Origin: Marsupella aquatica | Taxonomy: Eukaryota; Plantae; Marchantiophyta | Reading direction: 5' to 3' | NCBI GenBank assembly: GCA_973895155.1 | Contig: OZ316895.1 | Location: forward strand, 18,361,880-18,425,879 | DNA: 64,000 bases | Part shown: in pieces, positions 46,541-60,120 of the stretch | How the letters are laid out: every line of letters begins with the position of its first letter | Position numbering within the stretch: position 1 is the first letter of the stretch | Made by a program: the position numbers and the translations under genes | The notes under the pieces: model-generated | What the model was told of the DNA's origin: nothing | The model's database searches: none | What the model saw: only the letters and a program-made list of their open reading frames with translations

Positions 46541-47195
46541 ACCAAGACTCTATACACAATTGCATCATTAATTAGAGCCCAATATATTAAGCATGCAAGA
46601 CCATAGCTTATCAAAAAAACTACATAGTCTGGTACAAACCCCAAAATTTGTTCTCCGCAACAAAGAAACTTGCAAGAGGTCCCTCTACATGCATGACACG
46701 TTCACTGTCCCGTTCACATATGTAGAGCCCTACAAAACGCGGATTCAAATATGAAAGCAAATAATAACTCCAACCATGTGCCCTTACCCCATACAAAACC
46801 TAAATATCCTAAATTATACTCTAAACCCTCCAATCCCATACCCAACCCAAATTCAAAACATTATATTGGACCCCCTCGGGGAAAGCCAAGAGGTATCCGA
46901 TATAACTTCATGAGGGGTCCGATGCAATAGGAAACGGGCCACACTTGGTAAATACATGGCCACGAGAAAAGGACGAGGGGTCCGAAGCAGATAGTTTCGG
47001 AATGTCCGATTGCGTGTCCGATACCTTTGGTTTCGCAAAGTCCGAAACAGAAAGAATCGGAAGCAACAGGTTTTGTTTTGGAAAAAAGAACCGATGCAGG
47101 TGCGAAGACCCGCGCGTCAGGCCCCATTTCGCACTTGGTGTTTTTCAAATTTTTTGAAGCTGGATCAAGGAGGAGAGCTTGAAGGAGGAGGAGAG

Positions 47196-49543
47196 ATGGA
47201 GGGGGGCGGGGGATCAGGTGGTGGGGGAGACGAAGGGGGATCAGGTGGTGGTGGAGAGCAAGTGGGACCGTCCCAGCCATACAATGAAGTTATGAGGGAC
47301 ATATTTGTGGCCAAGGCAGGGCTGAGTGTGGAGGACGCAGAGAGAGTAGTCCCACTCCTCCAAACGCTGATTGATGCCTCTCGGCGTGAGGCAGAGAAGA
47401 CTGCTGCTGCAAGCATTGCAAGTGAGAAGGAGGCAAAGAAGAGGAAGAAAGAGGCAAAGAGAGGCAAGGGGGATGCAAAGGAGACACTGTCTCCAAGAAA
47501 ACGAGAGAAAAAGCTTCGAAAAGAAGCTAGGGCAATTGAGAAGGTGCGATTGGAGGAGCAAAGGCGAAAGGAGGCAGAGAGAGCTCTCAGGCCTGAGCTA
47601 GCTCTCAATTTGGGTGGTGGTCCATTGCCTAAGAGCTACCATCTATTCCGAAGCCAATTCAAGCAGGTGCTGAGGGCCAATTTGGGGCCACTGGATTACT
47701 GGGGCAAGAAGGAGGAAGAGAGATTGAGAATCAGAGAGCAGGTGAAGGAACGGTTCAGGAACGAGGCCTACATTGATGACAGGTTCCTAAACAAACAAAT
47801 TTCAGCATCACTCTCAGACATGCGCAATCATCAGCGAGAGAAATTCAGAAAGTACCTTGGAGATATGGCAGTGGATGCAGAGGTGATCAGGGAGGAGGGT
47901 TGTCCAGACGATGTTTCCCCGGATGAGTGGGCGGCTTGGCTTGAGGAGGAACTCTCAGTCCGTGCCTGGCTGAAAAGAAGACATTGGGACAACAAAATTA
48001 GGCTGGCAGAGGAGAAGCGAAAGGCTGGGGAGAATGTTGATATCCTCCCCCTTCAACAGAACCTGCAACAATGGGCAGCTCAGGCAGCAAGACTCCCCAA
48101 ACCACCAAGGCACATCATAGCAGGATTGGAGAGAGTGCAGGGGAGGCCAACCATCACTCACCGGATGGGGCAAGGTGGCTCCAATCGATTGAAGGCTGAG
48201 TTTGTAAGTGCCCTCCCTCTCCTCCCCACCTCGACTCCCTGATCACCTGACTCCTCGCACGAAGAATGAGTTGTTTGTGCCTTATGTCTTTTGTTTAAAC
48301 CCTTTGCAAAACTCATTTTTGCTCTCGGGCCTGTTCTTTCCGATACTCATCCGATAGGTTTTGCATCGGAAGCAGCATCGGACACCGTGTCATGCCATTT
48401 TTTTGTTACGCATCCGATAGACGTCCGATGCAGGCTGTATCGGACTCTGCATCGGACCCCTCGGCAAAACATTTAAATTTTTGAATGAACGTACTTAACG
48501 TTAATGTTTTACTAGGGTAGAGTATAATTTAGGGTGAACTATGGTTTAAGGTTACATTAGGGCTATGTAGGGTGGCTTGGTTTAGGGTAGGGCACGCTAA
48601 TACTAGATTTGATATTAACCTGGCCTCTATGGTTTGGATCTTTAAATTTCAGGAGCGGGAGTATGGTCGCCCTATTGCGCCATTGGAGAGGAATTTGGCA
48701 AAGACGGATGGACCCCGCGCTCTAAAGCGCCACCTTGAGGATGAGTTGGGAGAGGTAAGTGTTCACCCTAGGGTGATATAATGTTTAAGGTTGTCAAGAA
48801 TTTGTTAGAGTTATGGTCGGGACCATTCATTCTAATTGCAATTAAACCCTATTGCGCAGGATGAGGAGGGGTCTGGGTCGGAGGAGTTGGACTCAGATTC
48901 TGAGCAAGATGCTGAGGCAGGGTTGGGGAGGGTGCCCACAGTCACCCCTACTCCTCAGGCCCGAGGTGTTGTTGCCCCATCTGGTGCCGTTGCCCCATCA
49001 GCAGGGAGGGGTGGGTCACATGCTGCTGATGGTGTGGGCTCCCATCGCTCTGGAGCATCACGGGGTGCGGGGCCCAGGCACTCAGGGGGTAGTAGAGGTG
49101 ATGGCATGGGACGAGGCGATCGCGTAGGAGTATCTGGTGCAGGTGGCCCTTCCCGACGAGGTAGTGGTGACGTGCCGGATGGTGGATCTAGAGGGCGCGC
49201 ACCATCTCGTGAGTCTGGTGGGAGTACAGCACGACATGGGCCACCCACAGGATCTGTCGGCGCACCATCCCATCACTCTAGCAGGTCTGCGGGAGGAGCT
49301 GAGGCGTCCTTTCACTCTGCCGTGTCGGGGGTTGGTGGGACATCTACCTTGCCTGACCACCCTAGCGGTGCATCTAGTGGGTCAGGGTCTAGGCCTGCAT
49401 CAGGCCAACCCATGCCATCTGGTGAGCAGGTGGCTACCACGGTTGTGGGCAGCCAGAGGGAGGAGGGCTCTCATGATGCTAGACCTGTACCCACCCTTCG
49501 TTCTCGCCCAAAGAAGAAGAAGGGACGCAACACACCTTTTTAG
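47196..49543 (+). CDS. CACTA 2 TnpA/Ptta-like gene; exons 47196-48203, 48653-48754, 48860-49543
   Basis: Phase-0 GT-AG junctions (TTT|GTAAGT, TTTCAG|GAG, GAG|GTAAGT, GCGCAG|GAT); CP.DV...EW and HRMGQGG motifs like the Ptta-type exon of CACTA 1; C-terminal NLS-like RPKKKKGR. The start codon is uncertain. Confidence 0.7.
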
Positions 49544-52500
49544 AGGTTAGTTGCATTTAGGTGGCCGGGTATCTAGTGCTAGACAGCTTTGATTAGACAC
49601 TCACTAGGAGGTACCTTGTATATAGCTCAGTGTAGTCTCTAGTCAAAGCTCACTTTACATCTTCTATCGTGCCATCACGACCAGGATGGGTCTACCCAGT
49701 AGGCCTAATCCATTTTGTACATATTGGGGTGATCCCCTTTTTGAATATGATATTTTGACCTCGTGTTTATAGCATTATCTTTGGTTCCTAATTGGTGTAT
49801 GTCACCTTCAACCCTAAACCAATACCCAAACCCCCAAAAAACCACCCATGAAACCCTGTATTCCACCCCCAGAACATTTGATAATCCGTTGCAAGTCCGT
49901 TACCGTCCGTATCGGTAATATAGCAGTGTCCGATTTTGTTGCCTTCGAACTTTCCCATCCCCAACGCATCGGACCCCTCCTTCAAGGTTCCCATCTTAAA
50001 TATATCGGATAGTCCGATACAAAAAATAACGCACTTTCCGTTAATATAAATAACGCAATGTCCGATACAAATTACTTCGCAAATTGCCATATCAAATATA
50101 TCGGACATCCCGATTTAAATAGAATCGGACATAGGAAATCGTCGTGTTCCGTCGCATGTTAAGTATCCGATCCATTTTACATCGGACATCAAATATCCGT
50201 AACACGTTACAACGGAACGTCCGTTGTCCAAAATATTGGAAAGTCCGATGGAAGTCCGATGGTCGATATGCGATGGTTTGCGCATCGCAAAGTGCGTTGG
50301 GAATTGCATCGGATGATAGAAATTTTTGCGGCAATTTTCCTGAAGGGATCCGATGTAAATCCTATCGAATAAAGGCCCGAAAATGTACTAGTGTTTCTTT
50401 GTCAAGAAGTTCCACAAGGAGATGGAATGACAAAGAAAGACCTTGTACCTTGGGGGAAAGGCGTACCTTGCAAGCCACATTGAGATTATCATAGAGTGGT
50501 ACACCCGTTTCAATTGCCAAACCCTTCCTTGGTGCAACGAGCCTGAACTCACTCTGGCCAGGTGGGTCTTTTTGGCTCAAGAGAGATGTCTCCAACCCAA
50601 GGCCCGAAGCCCAATACTTGTGGCTTTTGTCCCCATCCCAACGCCGCAGCCAACCACTGGAGCCCCTCCTTCCATACTGGACGCGGCAGTCATCGCAACC
50701 TTGGACGCACAGAACCAAGCCCAGGCAACCGTCGCGGCCGACCTTGTTGCTGCCCCAAGCCGGTAGCCCCAATCAAGGAAGCACCTACATCCCCCGCACC
50801 GGCACCAATAGAACCCCCTCCCTCCACTGATCCAACTACCCCTATCTTCATCACCCCAGAGCTAGATTTGTCTACCCCCACCCCCACCCAGATAGAAGGA
50901 GGTCAATGCCCGAGAGCCAGCGGCCACACCCTAATGAACCTAGAGTACTTTGCTCCAGGTACATTTCCGAATGGGTTGCTAGGTGATTTCTCCGTAGAAG
51001 TTGGTCGAGATGTTGGGTTGTTTATGGCCCAAAAGGTGGCGTACTTCAGTCAAGAACTGGTTACGGCAATATGGGCAGGACGCGCACAGTCCAAGGCCAC
51101 AAGCAGGATAGAGCAGTATTGGATTGAGACAACCCAGCTACTTGACGCGGCCTCAGCCCATGAAACCAAACTACAACTTCTCCGGCCCCAGCTTGCAACG
51201 GCCTTGGCCCAATCACCAAAGCTAAAGCCAAGACAATCGTGGCCACACAAGCTGGAGCCGGGAAGGATGCAAAGATCGTGCGGCTTTGGACGCAGATTGA
51301 CAGCCTGAAGGGACAAGCTGTATTTGGCAGAAGGACGTTGAGGACACTGATGCTTGGGCCTAGAGGGATGCGTCGGAGATTGACACCCTAAAGGCGGAGG
51401 TGGCACGGCTTCTGCAAGAAGCCACTAAACAAAACCAACTAGTGGCGTAGCTGATGAGCGACTCCCAATAGTTGGAAGAGGCATTTCATGATGCCACAAA
51501 GGAGATGGACATGACAAAGCAAGAGAAAAAGTCTCTCCTAGATCAAGTCCAGCTACTCAAGCAAGACGTAAACCGTCTGAGGAGACAATGGGATGGGCGC
51601 TCCAAGTCCCACTCTGGAGGGTCTGGCAAGCGTGCCAGACATTAGTGGCAGCCGACGGGCAGGTTGAGAATAAAGTTAGGATTAGACAGGGAGGACGGGC
51701 GCTAGGGACAAGCACCAAAACTAGTTAGTGGCACTATCCTATCCACTCGACCTCACTTAGCGTAGGATCTTAGAATAAGACACACCATTTTTTTTGGCCT
51801 GACAGTTAGAGGAATTCAGGTTAGATTAGATTTGGGTGTTGTGGCCGTTCTTGGCTGCAGCCTTTAGTTAGTATTTAGTGCACTCCCCGGTAGAGGTATG
51901 GGGGGATTTTAGGTTCAAAACCGTGTGTCCGTAGGATGTGCAGGGAGTCTCGACCTTCATGAATAGAGAGTGCCACCGAGGGGTGAGTATATGACTAAGC
52001 TCGTCGGGCAAGTGCGGAGCCGGGCTCTATTGTAGTGTACATTTCACCGCCGTTGGCCCTGCTAGCTCAGAAGAAGTCGAGTCAACTGTGTGTATGTGAA
52101 TAACGGATTTTGAAGTAAAGTCTTTTTCCCATCATTTCCTTCGTGTAAATTGGGATTGTATGTTGTGAATTCTAGTTGCAGTTGTCAATCTCATATAACG
52201 GTAGAACTCGCTTGGCCAAATGCATTATATGACCTGTGCATGGGATGTTGGCTGCGGATAGTGGTTGCAAGCCTGGGTTGAACACCCGTATCATCGGATC
52301 CGAATTGGAGGCGGACAACACAAAGGCTTAGGAGTCCTTAAGCCGGGGTCAATTGAGCTATCAACTTAAGGTACATTTTGGTGGTGGAACACAAAGTATA
52401 CCTATGATACATGTAAATGTAGTATCGGGCGTGCTTAGCGCCGGGTTACAGGAATAAAGCATCATTTGCACATCCCTCCTTACCCAAAACCTCAATACTA

Positions 52501-52789
52501 ACAAAGTTTATGCCAGCCTTAGCCAAAACCCGCATAAGAATGGATCTTTTGGCATGACAAAAATGCACCTTGCACCTCAAGGAATCCACATTACGTACAC
52601 ACAACCTAGACAGCCACACCATAGCTGCTAGAGCTTGTGCTCAAAAGGCTCAACATCAAAAAATGAGACCTTTGAGCCAACACAAAGAGATATATAACTA
52701 TCCCTCACAAACATAGACTAACCCTAAAATACTTAGATAACACACATATGAAAGCCTCAAACCTACATAGTCCGATATCCTATACTACC

Positions 52790-54110
52790 ACTCATAATGG
52801 TGCACGACAGCCCTTTATTAGAAAGGAGATAGTGGATTGAACAAGGCTGGAAGATGCAATGACTTTGGAGTGGTTGTATAAGGAGGAAGTGATCAATCGG
52901 CTTAAGAAGGTGGAAGCTGAAGCTGCTAAGGTGGGAGTTAATAAGCAGGTTCAGGGCAAATTGTTGATTAAAAAACACGAGTTGGGGTTCACGAGTCAAC
53001 AATTGGAGGACTACCGGGCGGATAACCAATAAATTAAGGAGAAGTCGGCCAAGATTCAGTTGGAGTTGGCCAATACAAAGGAAGAAGTCCAAGGTCTTCT
53101 TCAACAACCTGGAAAGCTAAGAGCAATAAATCAAGACCAGCTCAACCATTTCAATAAGGCCTTAGCAGATGCCAAGAGGAAACAAGACATTCTTATCAAC
53201 CGTTTGGAGACCGAGCAAGAAAAACATGAAGCAGAGTACTGCCAAAATGTCAGTGATTCCCTGAAGCGGGTGCAATAGGTACAAAATGAGCACCAAGTAG
53301 ACATTACAAAGCTGAAGGCTGAGTGCGTGGCTGAGCTTGCCAAGTTAGTACTCATCAACGACTCAAAAAAGGCAGCAATGGATAAGAGTTTGAGATTGTA
53401 CACATCCTCAATGAGGAATTGAAGGAAGCCAAAACAAAAATACATCGGCTTGGTGATGAAGTTGAGGACTTATCTGGGGAGCTGGAGGAGGCCTATGATA
53501 AGATGGTGAATTTGCAGAGGCATGCTGACAACCAAACCAAGAAACTTAAGAAGTATGCCAAAGCAGGACAAGGATCGCCAGCAGGGAGGACCCCCATTTG
53601 GTGGCATGGTAGCCGGAAGCACACCAAAGCCAAGCCAAGCTCACTGCTGACCAATGTAATCGGGGGAAAGGCAATGCAGTTGGTAGCAGACTTAGCAAAG
53701 ACATTCATGGGGCCGGCAGTTAATAAGACCGTGCCACTTAAGGCCACCCCAGAGGAAGTTGAGAGCATGGCCATCCACATTTACGGAACAATTGCTGTGA
53801 AGGAAGCCGTGGTAGAGGTAAGCGTTGTGGATCAACTCGGAGTTGCAATAACGGGTTTTGACGCTTGTACCACTACCATAGATTACCAAAATGTGAAGCC
53901 TTGGGTAATTGAGACTGAACAAATTGGGAAGCAAACTTTGAGGAAGTAAAGGCCAATGCTGCCCAAGCCATAGCCAAGGAAGATGTTGTTGTTGCCAAAA
54001 AGCCAAAGAATGATGCCGAAGGAGGGGAAGCTGAGGCCAAGCAAGCTAAGCCAGAGTGAGAGGAAGGTGCAGGGCCAGAAGGTAAAGGGTTGCCGCCGGT
54101 CATTTGACAA
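52790..54110 (+). pseudogene. Degenerate coiled-coil ORF, probably TE-derived
   Basis: Heptad-rich E/K/L fragments at 53060-53278 and 53419-53949, broken by stops and frameshifts; no diagnostic domain. Confidence 0.35.
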
Positions 54111-57100
54111 TTAAGGCAGGCCACTCGTTGATTGGAGGAAGGACGTGGCTGAAGGAGAAGGGTTTGGGCCAGAAGGGCGCGGCCGTTGTAGAATAAGACA
54201 GGGCAAGTTGCGCCCTATTGCTGGCATAGGTTAGATTGTGTTTGGAGTCAGGTTCCACCTGTTCTCCGGCATAGGTGTAAATTGAATTAGACATAGGATA
54301 ATAAATAGGAATATCATAGTGTAGGTTCATGATTGAGGGGTTTGGATTTCCGCGGGTCTTTTAGGCATCAACGCTACAGGCATAAAACCCTTGGCAGCGT
54401 GGATGTGGGGGACTTTTTCTTAGTCAAGTCTTTAGTGTAATCTGTCTCTTTGTGATCAACGAAGCTCTCGGCTAAATCTAGACCGTTGGGCATCAGTAAA
54501 CTACAAGTTTTCCTGTATCTTTGTGCAATCGTTTGAATTGAGTTGGCCTTTCTTGGCCTAGTTCGCAAACCCTTGCCAATAGACCAAGAGTTGCTTGTTG
54601 TTGATATCTTTTGCTTGATCGATCAAAGTCAGGAGGAGTGAAACAGTTGAGCAAAGTACAAACCGCATCGGCTTGATTGGAGCTGCCACACCCAACTTAG
54701 AGAGGATGTGAGGCATTGAGAGTGTTTGGCACTTGGTGAAGTGTGGGTTGTGTAAGTCTGAGAAAGACCCTCAGCCGGCTTAAGCAATTAAGCCCGCATG
54801 GGTATATTTCGGGGGCAAAATACAAACATACCCAATTAAGTCAAAGAGCATAAGGTGACATAACATAAGACACAAGTCCAGTGAAAGAATCGATTTGACA
54901 AGTGTGGATAGGAAAGATAAGCTAAGTTTCCAGGCTGGATAGCAACTGAAGGGCTATCAACAAGCTGTAAACCATTGAATTATGGTCTGTTGATAGTAGT
55001 TTCAGGAGTTAGAGGCTTTGGGAAATGCACCACAGCAAGTTTGCCACACCAGGATTGGTAAGCCACCTCCCACCCATACAGTCACCTTCTTTGAGGTTCA
55101 ATGGCCTCACCTTGAAACCCTAAACCAAAATGCCACATGAATCTGCCCATGTCTTCTGCTGCAGAGGAGAGTGTGCATTATCACCCATCCCAACTTGAGA
55201 GAAACTGGTGGTGAACATCAAATTCATATACGTTGAGTGGCCCTGATGAGGAGGACCGGTAACTGAACTCTTGGTCTGTTCTTCAGTTTTAGATGTTTGT
55301 ATTAATAGATAACAAGGGAATTTAGTGTTGGGTGTCAGCGGTAAACAAGACCACAAAATTTGGAACTCGGCTCCACAAGCTTTGATTTGTACATAAGGAT
55401 AATCCAACAATCTCCAAAGTACTGTCCCCAAACACTCAAGCTTGATGGATGCCCGGTAGCATGAGTACCTGCTCAAAAGGCAGTCACAATTCCAATTATG
55501 TCTTTGTGACATTCACAGTGTATCTTGTGACGTTTTGTGATATCACGTCGAGTAACACACAATTAATTTATTGATGAGGGGAGCATTTAATTTGTTTGTT
55601 TTAATACTTTGTTTTTTTCTTGCTTTTTCTTTGGGAGAAGGGGACATCTTCTAAAGGGACCTAGGTGAGATCATATTATTTTTAAGTTTTAACTTTTTTA
55701 TTAATCCTCTGTTTTGTTCTTACTATTTGTTTAGGAAAAGGGGTGGGCATAGACCAATGTTGAGATCCATCTTTTAAAGAAATTAGTCTAGGGTGAGCCA
55801 GGGTGGAGGAGTAAGGGTACTAACTTTAAAGGGAGGGTGTCATCATTGGTCCTTTTCCTAAACAAAACCTTACTCCCCCTTTCCTAAACGAAAAGTAAGA
55901 AGAAAGCAAAAGATTAATCAAAGACTAAAAAAAAGGTAGTTAAGGGGAAAAAAAAGTTAAGAAAATGGGGAACATTTTGATTTTTAAAAAATTATGTTTA
56001 AAATCATTTTGATTTTGGTCTTTTTCTTGGAAGAGGGGGCGTACACTTGTTGAGGGCATCTTTAATGGAGTACATATGAGTAAAAATCAAAACCAAAAAA
56101 AAAAAGATGTTTGTTGCCCTCCTTCTAAACTTTTCACCCTTTTTCCAACATAAATTTGAGTTTCCATTTGAGTAATTATTGGCTTAGCTAACTTTGTTCA
56201 TTAGTTGTGTTGGGGGCCCCCCAAAAGGCCCATAATTTATATGTTTGCAACGCTTTGTCCAATCACATGTACCATAGCATGTTCATCCTAGAACATCCAT
56301 TTTTGTTGTTGTCATGTAGTGATATGTAATTCATTTGATTTATTTTATGATAAAAAAAAGTAGGTACATCTAAAGTATATGCCAAGAAATTAATGTGTTA
56401 ATTAAGAGTGAGTGACATCATACACATGCAAAGAAAAGCACATTATGACCAAGAAAGTATACATGTATTAAAGAGTTGTGCACATATAGTACAGTTTTTC
56501 ACTTTGCTTCTAGGCATGACAATCAACTCAATTCAAACCATAAATTTTGTAAAGGAAATCATGAGGGGAACTTAGTACACCAAATGTGCACATTGTTCAA
56601 ATTCATTTCTCTCACTCTCATGAGAAAAATAATGATTCACTAAGGAGTGATTGAAAAGGAAAACTTAAACATTTATGAGGGGAGCCAAATACATTCAAAA
56701 TACTCTAAGTTCACTAAAATTCAAAGGGGTCCAAAAGTTAATTCAAAATCAAATTAATACAAATGATTCACCTTGTTAAGGCACATTAAAATCAAAATAC
56801 TGAACACAAAATCTGAATCAGACAAAATCTGAAAAGGTAAATTCACCATATAGCATTCATGATTTACCACATGTTTCACTTGTTGTACTAGGCTACTTTG
56901 TCAGATGACATGTACTACACGTTTCACTTGTTGCAACTAGGCCCATGTATTGTCAGATATATCATGGACTCCTGCTACCCTTTATATACAATACTAGTTC
57001 AATTCTCATGTGTTGCATAGGAGATGTCTTTGCGCAAAAGACATGGTTGCATGAAACATGTCAATGAGTAAAAGATATTGAATGCCAGAAAGACATTATT

Positions 57101-58709
57101 GCAGAAAAAAAATTGTACAAAAGATGTTGTTGTGTAAAACAAGTCATTTGCAGAAAAGATGTAAATGCATCAAAATGTCATGTGCAAAAAAATGGCATTA
57201 CACAAAATATGTCATTGTGTAAAGGATGTCATCCCTATCCCATTCATGCGCATGAGCCATTTATAACTTGATTCTATTTTTTATGTTCTTAGTTTTCTAT
57301 TGGTAACTTAGAGTTTTAATCACCTCACTTAAGCCACACCACACAACAACCAAAAATAATAATATTAGGGCCTACTGAAAAGCCAAATAATAAAACCTCC
57401 AAAAACTTACGCCCTCACCTGAGGAGATGGAAAGAGGTAAAACTTTTCTAAAAGAGGGTAAACTATTCCAAAATCGAAACAAATACTTACTAGCTCATCC
57501 TTCTTTCTCTCCTACGTAATGTAGTTGTCATAGGCACATAGTCTATACATGTATAGGTTGCATTTCCTCTACTCCATGTGCTCTACTTTGGACACTTATT
57601 CCTTTACAATTATTTCACTTGCCAAAGAAATTGGGGAATAAATCTGAAGGCTCCCACAGATCGTCCAGAAGTCAGTTTGTAAAGGGACTATGACCTTCTG
57701 ATGACCTTTTTTGGCCGGATTAGATATAATTACCGAGATAATTAGAGTGGTTGCTTTAGATAACATCATGATGAGAGGAAATTACACGACAATGGAACAA
57801 AAAGAGATGAGGGGAGAGTTTATGTTACTTTTCCTTTTGGAGAGTGGCTATTTAATTCATTTTGATTTTTTGATATTTTTCTTGGAAAAAGAAGTAAGCA
57901 GCGGTGGACTTTTTGTGTTATTAGTTTTAAATGTTTTCCTCCTTTTGAGGGTGAAGTATTAAGGGTATTTTAACAGGATCTATACAAAAGGGCTGGGGAG
58001 GGGAAAATATTGCTTTTAAAAAATCTTCTTACTTTTTCTTGGGAGAGGGGCAATAAATATGAGCAAAATTAAAAACAGAAAAGATGATCCTTTCCCCGCC
58101 AAGTCCCATGTATTGCACCAAACACTTACTCAAGGATCATTTTTAGCAAAGGATTACTGTCACTAAACTGGTAATTGGTTGTCAGAAAGGAATGACCCTG
58201 GAGACTAGAGATATGCCCAACAATGCTGTAGAGCAACAAGTATTACAGCTACAGATTCTTAACACATTCCAGGTGTGTAACTACATTCAGTTGGCCATGA
58301 CTGACCCCCTAGGTCGAGGTTGGGGTACACTCGGAAGAGAACTCAAGGATACAAATTGTTCTGGGCAATAGCTCAAACCTGAGCTATACGAGATAAAGTA
58401 CATGTGGGCTTGATCAATGTCAAATCCTAAGCATCTCTACATGGCTCATCCACACTAAATTCCATTCTTTGCCCAATACATGCACGAGTACATAAGTATC
58501 TGTTGTTGCTACATAATGGTGCAACGTTCTCCATAACAGCAATTTATTACTTTGTCCTTATTTGCCTTTGCAGAAATGAACATGTTAACAGAAACCCAAA
58601 GCCCGTCAAGTGAAGGCTCATGAGGACCAAAAAATTCCAATGCATGTCTACATCATTTGAGTAGTGCCTTGAGTTATATCCTGCTGAGCAGTCAAAAAAC
58701 TACAAGGTG

Positions 58710-60120
58710 TACGGCTCTTACTTTGCTACCCCCGTTCATTTAGTGGTCTGAGCTACACTGGCAATCTTTGGAAAGCCTGGGAAGTACTCCGCACTCATCT
58801 GATATTCTCACCTGCTGGTGCTGCTGTTGCTTCTTGGTGGAGCTTTGAGGATATAGTTAGGAGTCTGGAAGGATTCCAGGATCTATCAGAAGAAAGTAAA
58901 AGCATGTTAATTCGGACTTTGGGCCGGATTGGTCTGAGAAAGGTCTCTGACCTTAGACGGTGGGGCAGCAACCCTCTGGAATGTGTTCGACACAAGCTTA
59001 ATAGGATTCGAGGCTTGGATCCTGTACTAGGAGGAGGTGTATCTCTTTGGTGACAGAGATAAGGCGGATTACTGATGTTCGGGAAGCAGGTACTTTTGCG
59101 GCTGGCTGGATCTGGGCTGACAAAAGGGAGAGATTGACCCACTTTGCTCTCCCCAATGCCAGGGTTTATCAACTGCTCCGCACGAAGGGCAATGAATTCA
59201 ACAGACTTAACAGAATTTGGTCCTTACAGCTTTCTGACCGGGAATGGAGCCACCTCTTGCACTCACTGTGGTCTTCTGATATTCCTTCAAAGTCTCGCAC
59301 TTTTCTGTGGAGAGTGATTGCACAGGGACTGTTCACTAACGTCCGGGCTTCCAAAATGGGGAAAAGTGATGGTACTTGTGGTCTGTGCAGTTCTATGCCT
59401 GAGACCATTCCACACATTTTCTTCACATGTTCGTTTGCACGCAAAGCATGGGAACTAGTTGCCCGGACTTTTCCGGATCTGATCACTTGGCCTACCATGG
59501 GTCTGAAAGCTCTGATGGACGCTTTCTCTGGACACAGTCTTGCACGTTCATTGATAATCTTTATGGTGTATCATGTTCTTTGGCACTTGTGGCTAGCACG
59601 GAATGACAGTGTCTTCAATAATGGTAGAAGGCGCAGCTTTGACATACTTAGGATATTTTCGGAGATAATTGACCAGCTTCATGGCCTGTGTGAGGACTCT
59701 GGCCCCAGCAACCGGCGCACTCGGATGCTGCGGACTAAGGAGGAAACTATTAAGGAACGCTTGATATGGGTTCCCCGTCCGGAGGCTAGATTCTCAGTAT
59801 CTTAGTTTTTAGTTCCTTAGTTCCTTCTCTTAGTCTCTCCGGGCTTAGGGCTTCTGCCCTTCTTGGTTCTCGCATCTTGGTTGGGTTCCCTGGCTGTGAC
59901 TTGCTGGCGGAACTGGGAACTGGAGACCGTCATCTTCGGAGGGACTATGGGCAGACTGGTTCTAGAAGTAGCTTTGCGTTGCTTATCTTTGTCTTTCACT
60001 CCTTTGGCTTTTGGCCTTCCCTTCTGAGGGTCTCATTGTTGCCTTTTGGCTCCCTTTCCCGTAGGGTTTTGCGGGTTTTTTTTGGTTAAAAAAACAAAAC
60101 AAAAAAAACCAAAAAAACCA
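58710..60120 (+). mobile_element. 5'-truncated L1-type LINE (zf-RVT end of ORF2)
   Basis: 16-bp TSD AAAAAACTACAAGGTG (58694-58709 and 60121-60136); A-rich tail; ORF 59047-59805 CGLC..ETIPHIFFTC..LWHLWLARN resembles 16353-17219. Confidence 0.93.

Larger units (their letters stand above)
40058..50393 (-). mobile_element. Complete CACTA element 2 (10,336 bp) carrying a SET-domain exon
   Basis: Perfect 14-bp TIRs CACTAGTACATTTT / AAAATGTACTAGTG; 3-bp TSD TTT (40055-40057 and 50394-50396); dense TCCGAT/ATCGGA subterminal repeats at 40080-40600 and 49880-50370. Confidence 0.96.
38690..51645 (+). pseudogene. Another PMD-like plus coiled-coil TE pseudogene, split by CACTA 2
   Basis: GFEHLVPLPW...DMTEVIQNFD...T.AHG....LNEARLKLIFGLPEG (39600-39830) is homologous by eye to the 26313 protein; coding-like sequence resumes at 50397 and ends in a coiled coil with stops. 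Confidence 0.5.

Noticed and set aside
51890-52450. Possible LTR ending in GGGTTACA, with a similar tract at 54770-54830
   Set aside because: No second copy, TSD or PBS identifiable within the window.
55560-58100. AT-rich tract with recurring TTTTCTTGGGAGAGGGG motifs as a MITE or gene
   Set aside because: Too degenerate to define termini; the 57711-57962 ORF is compositionally biased with no motif.
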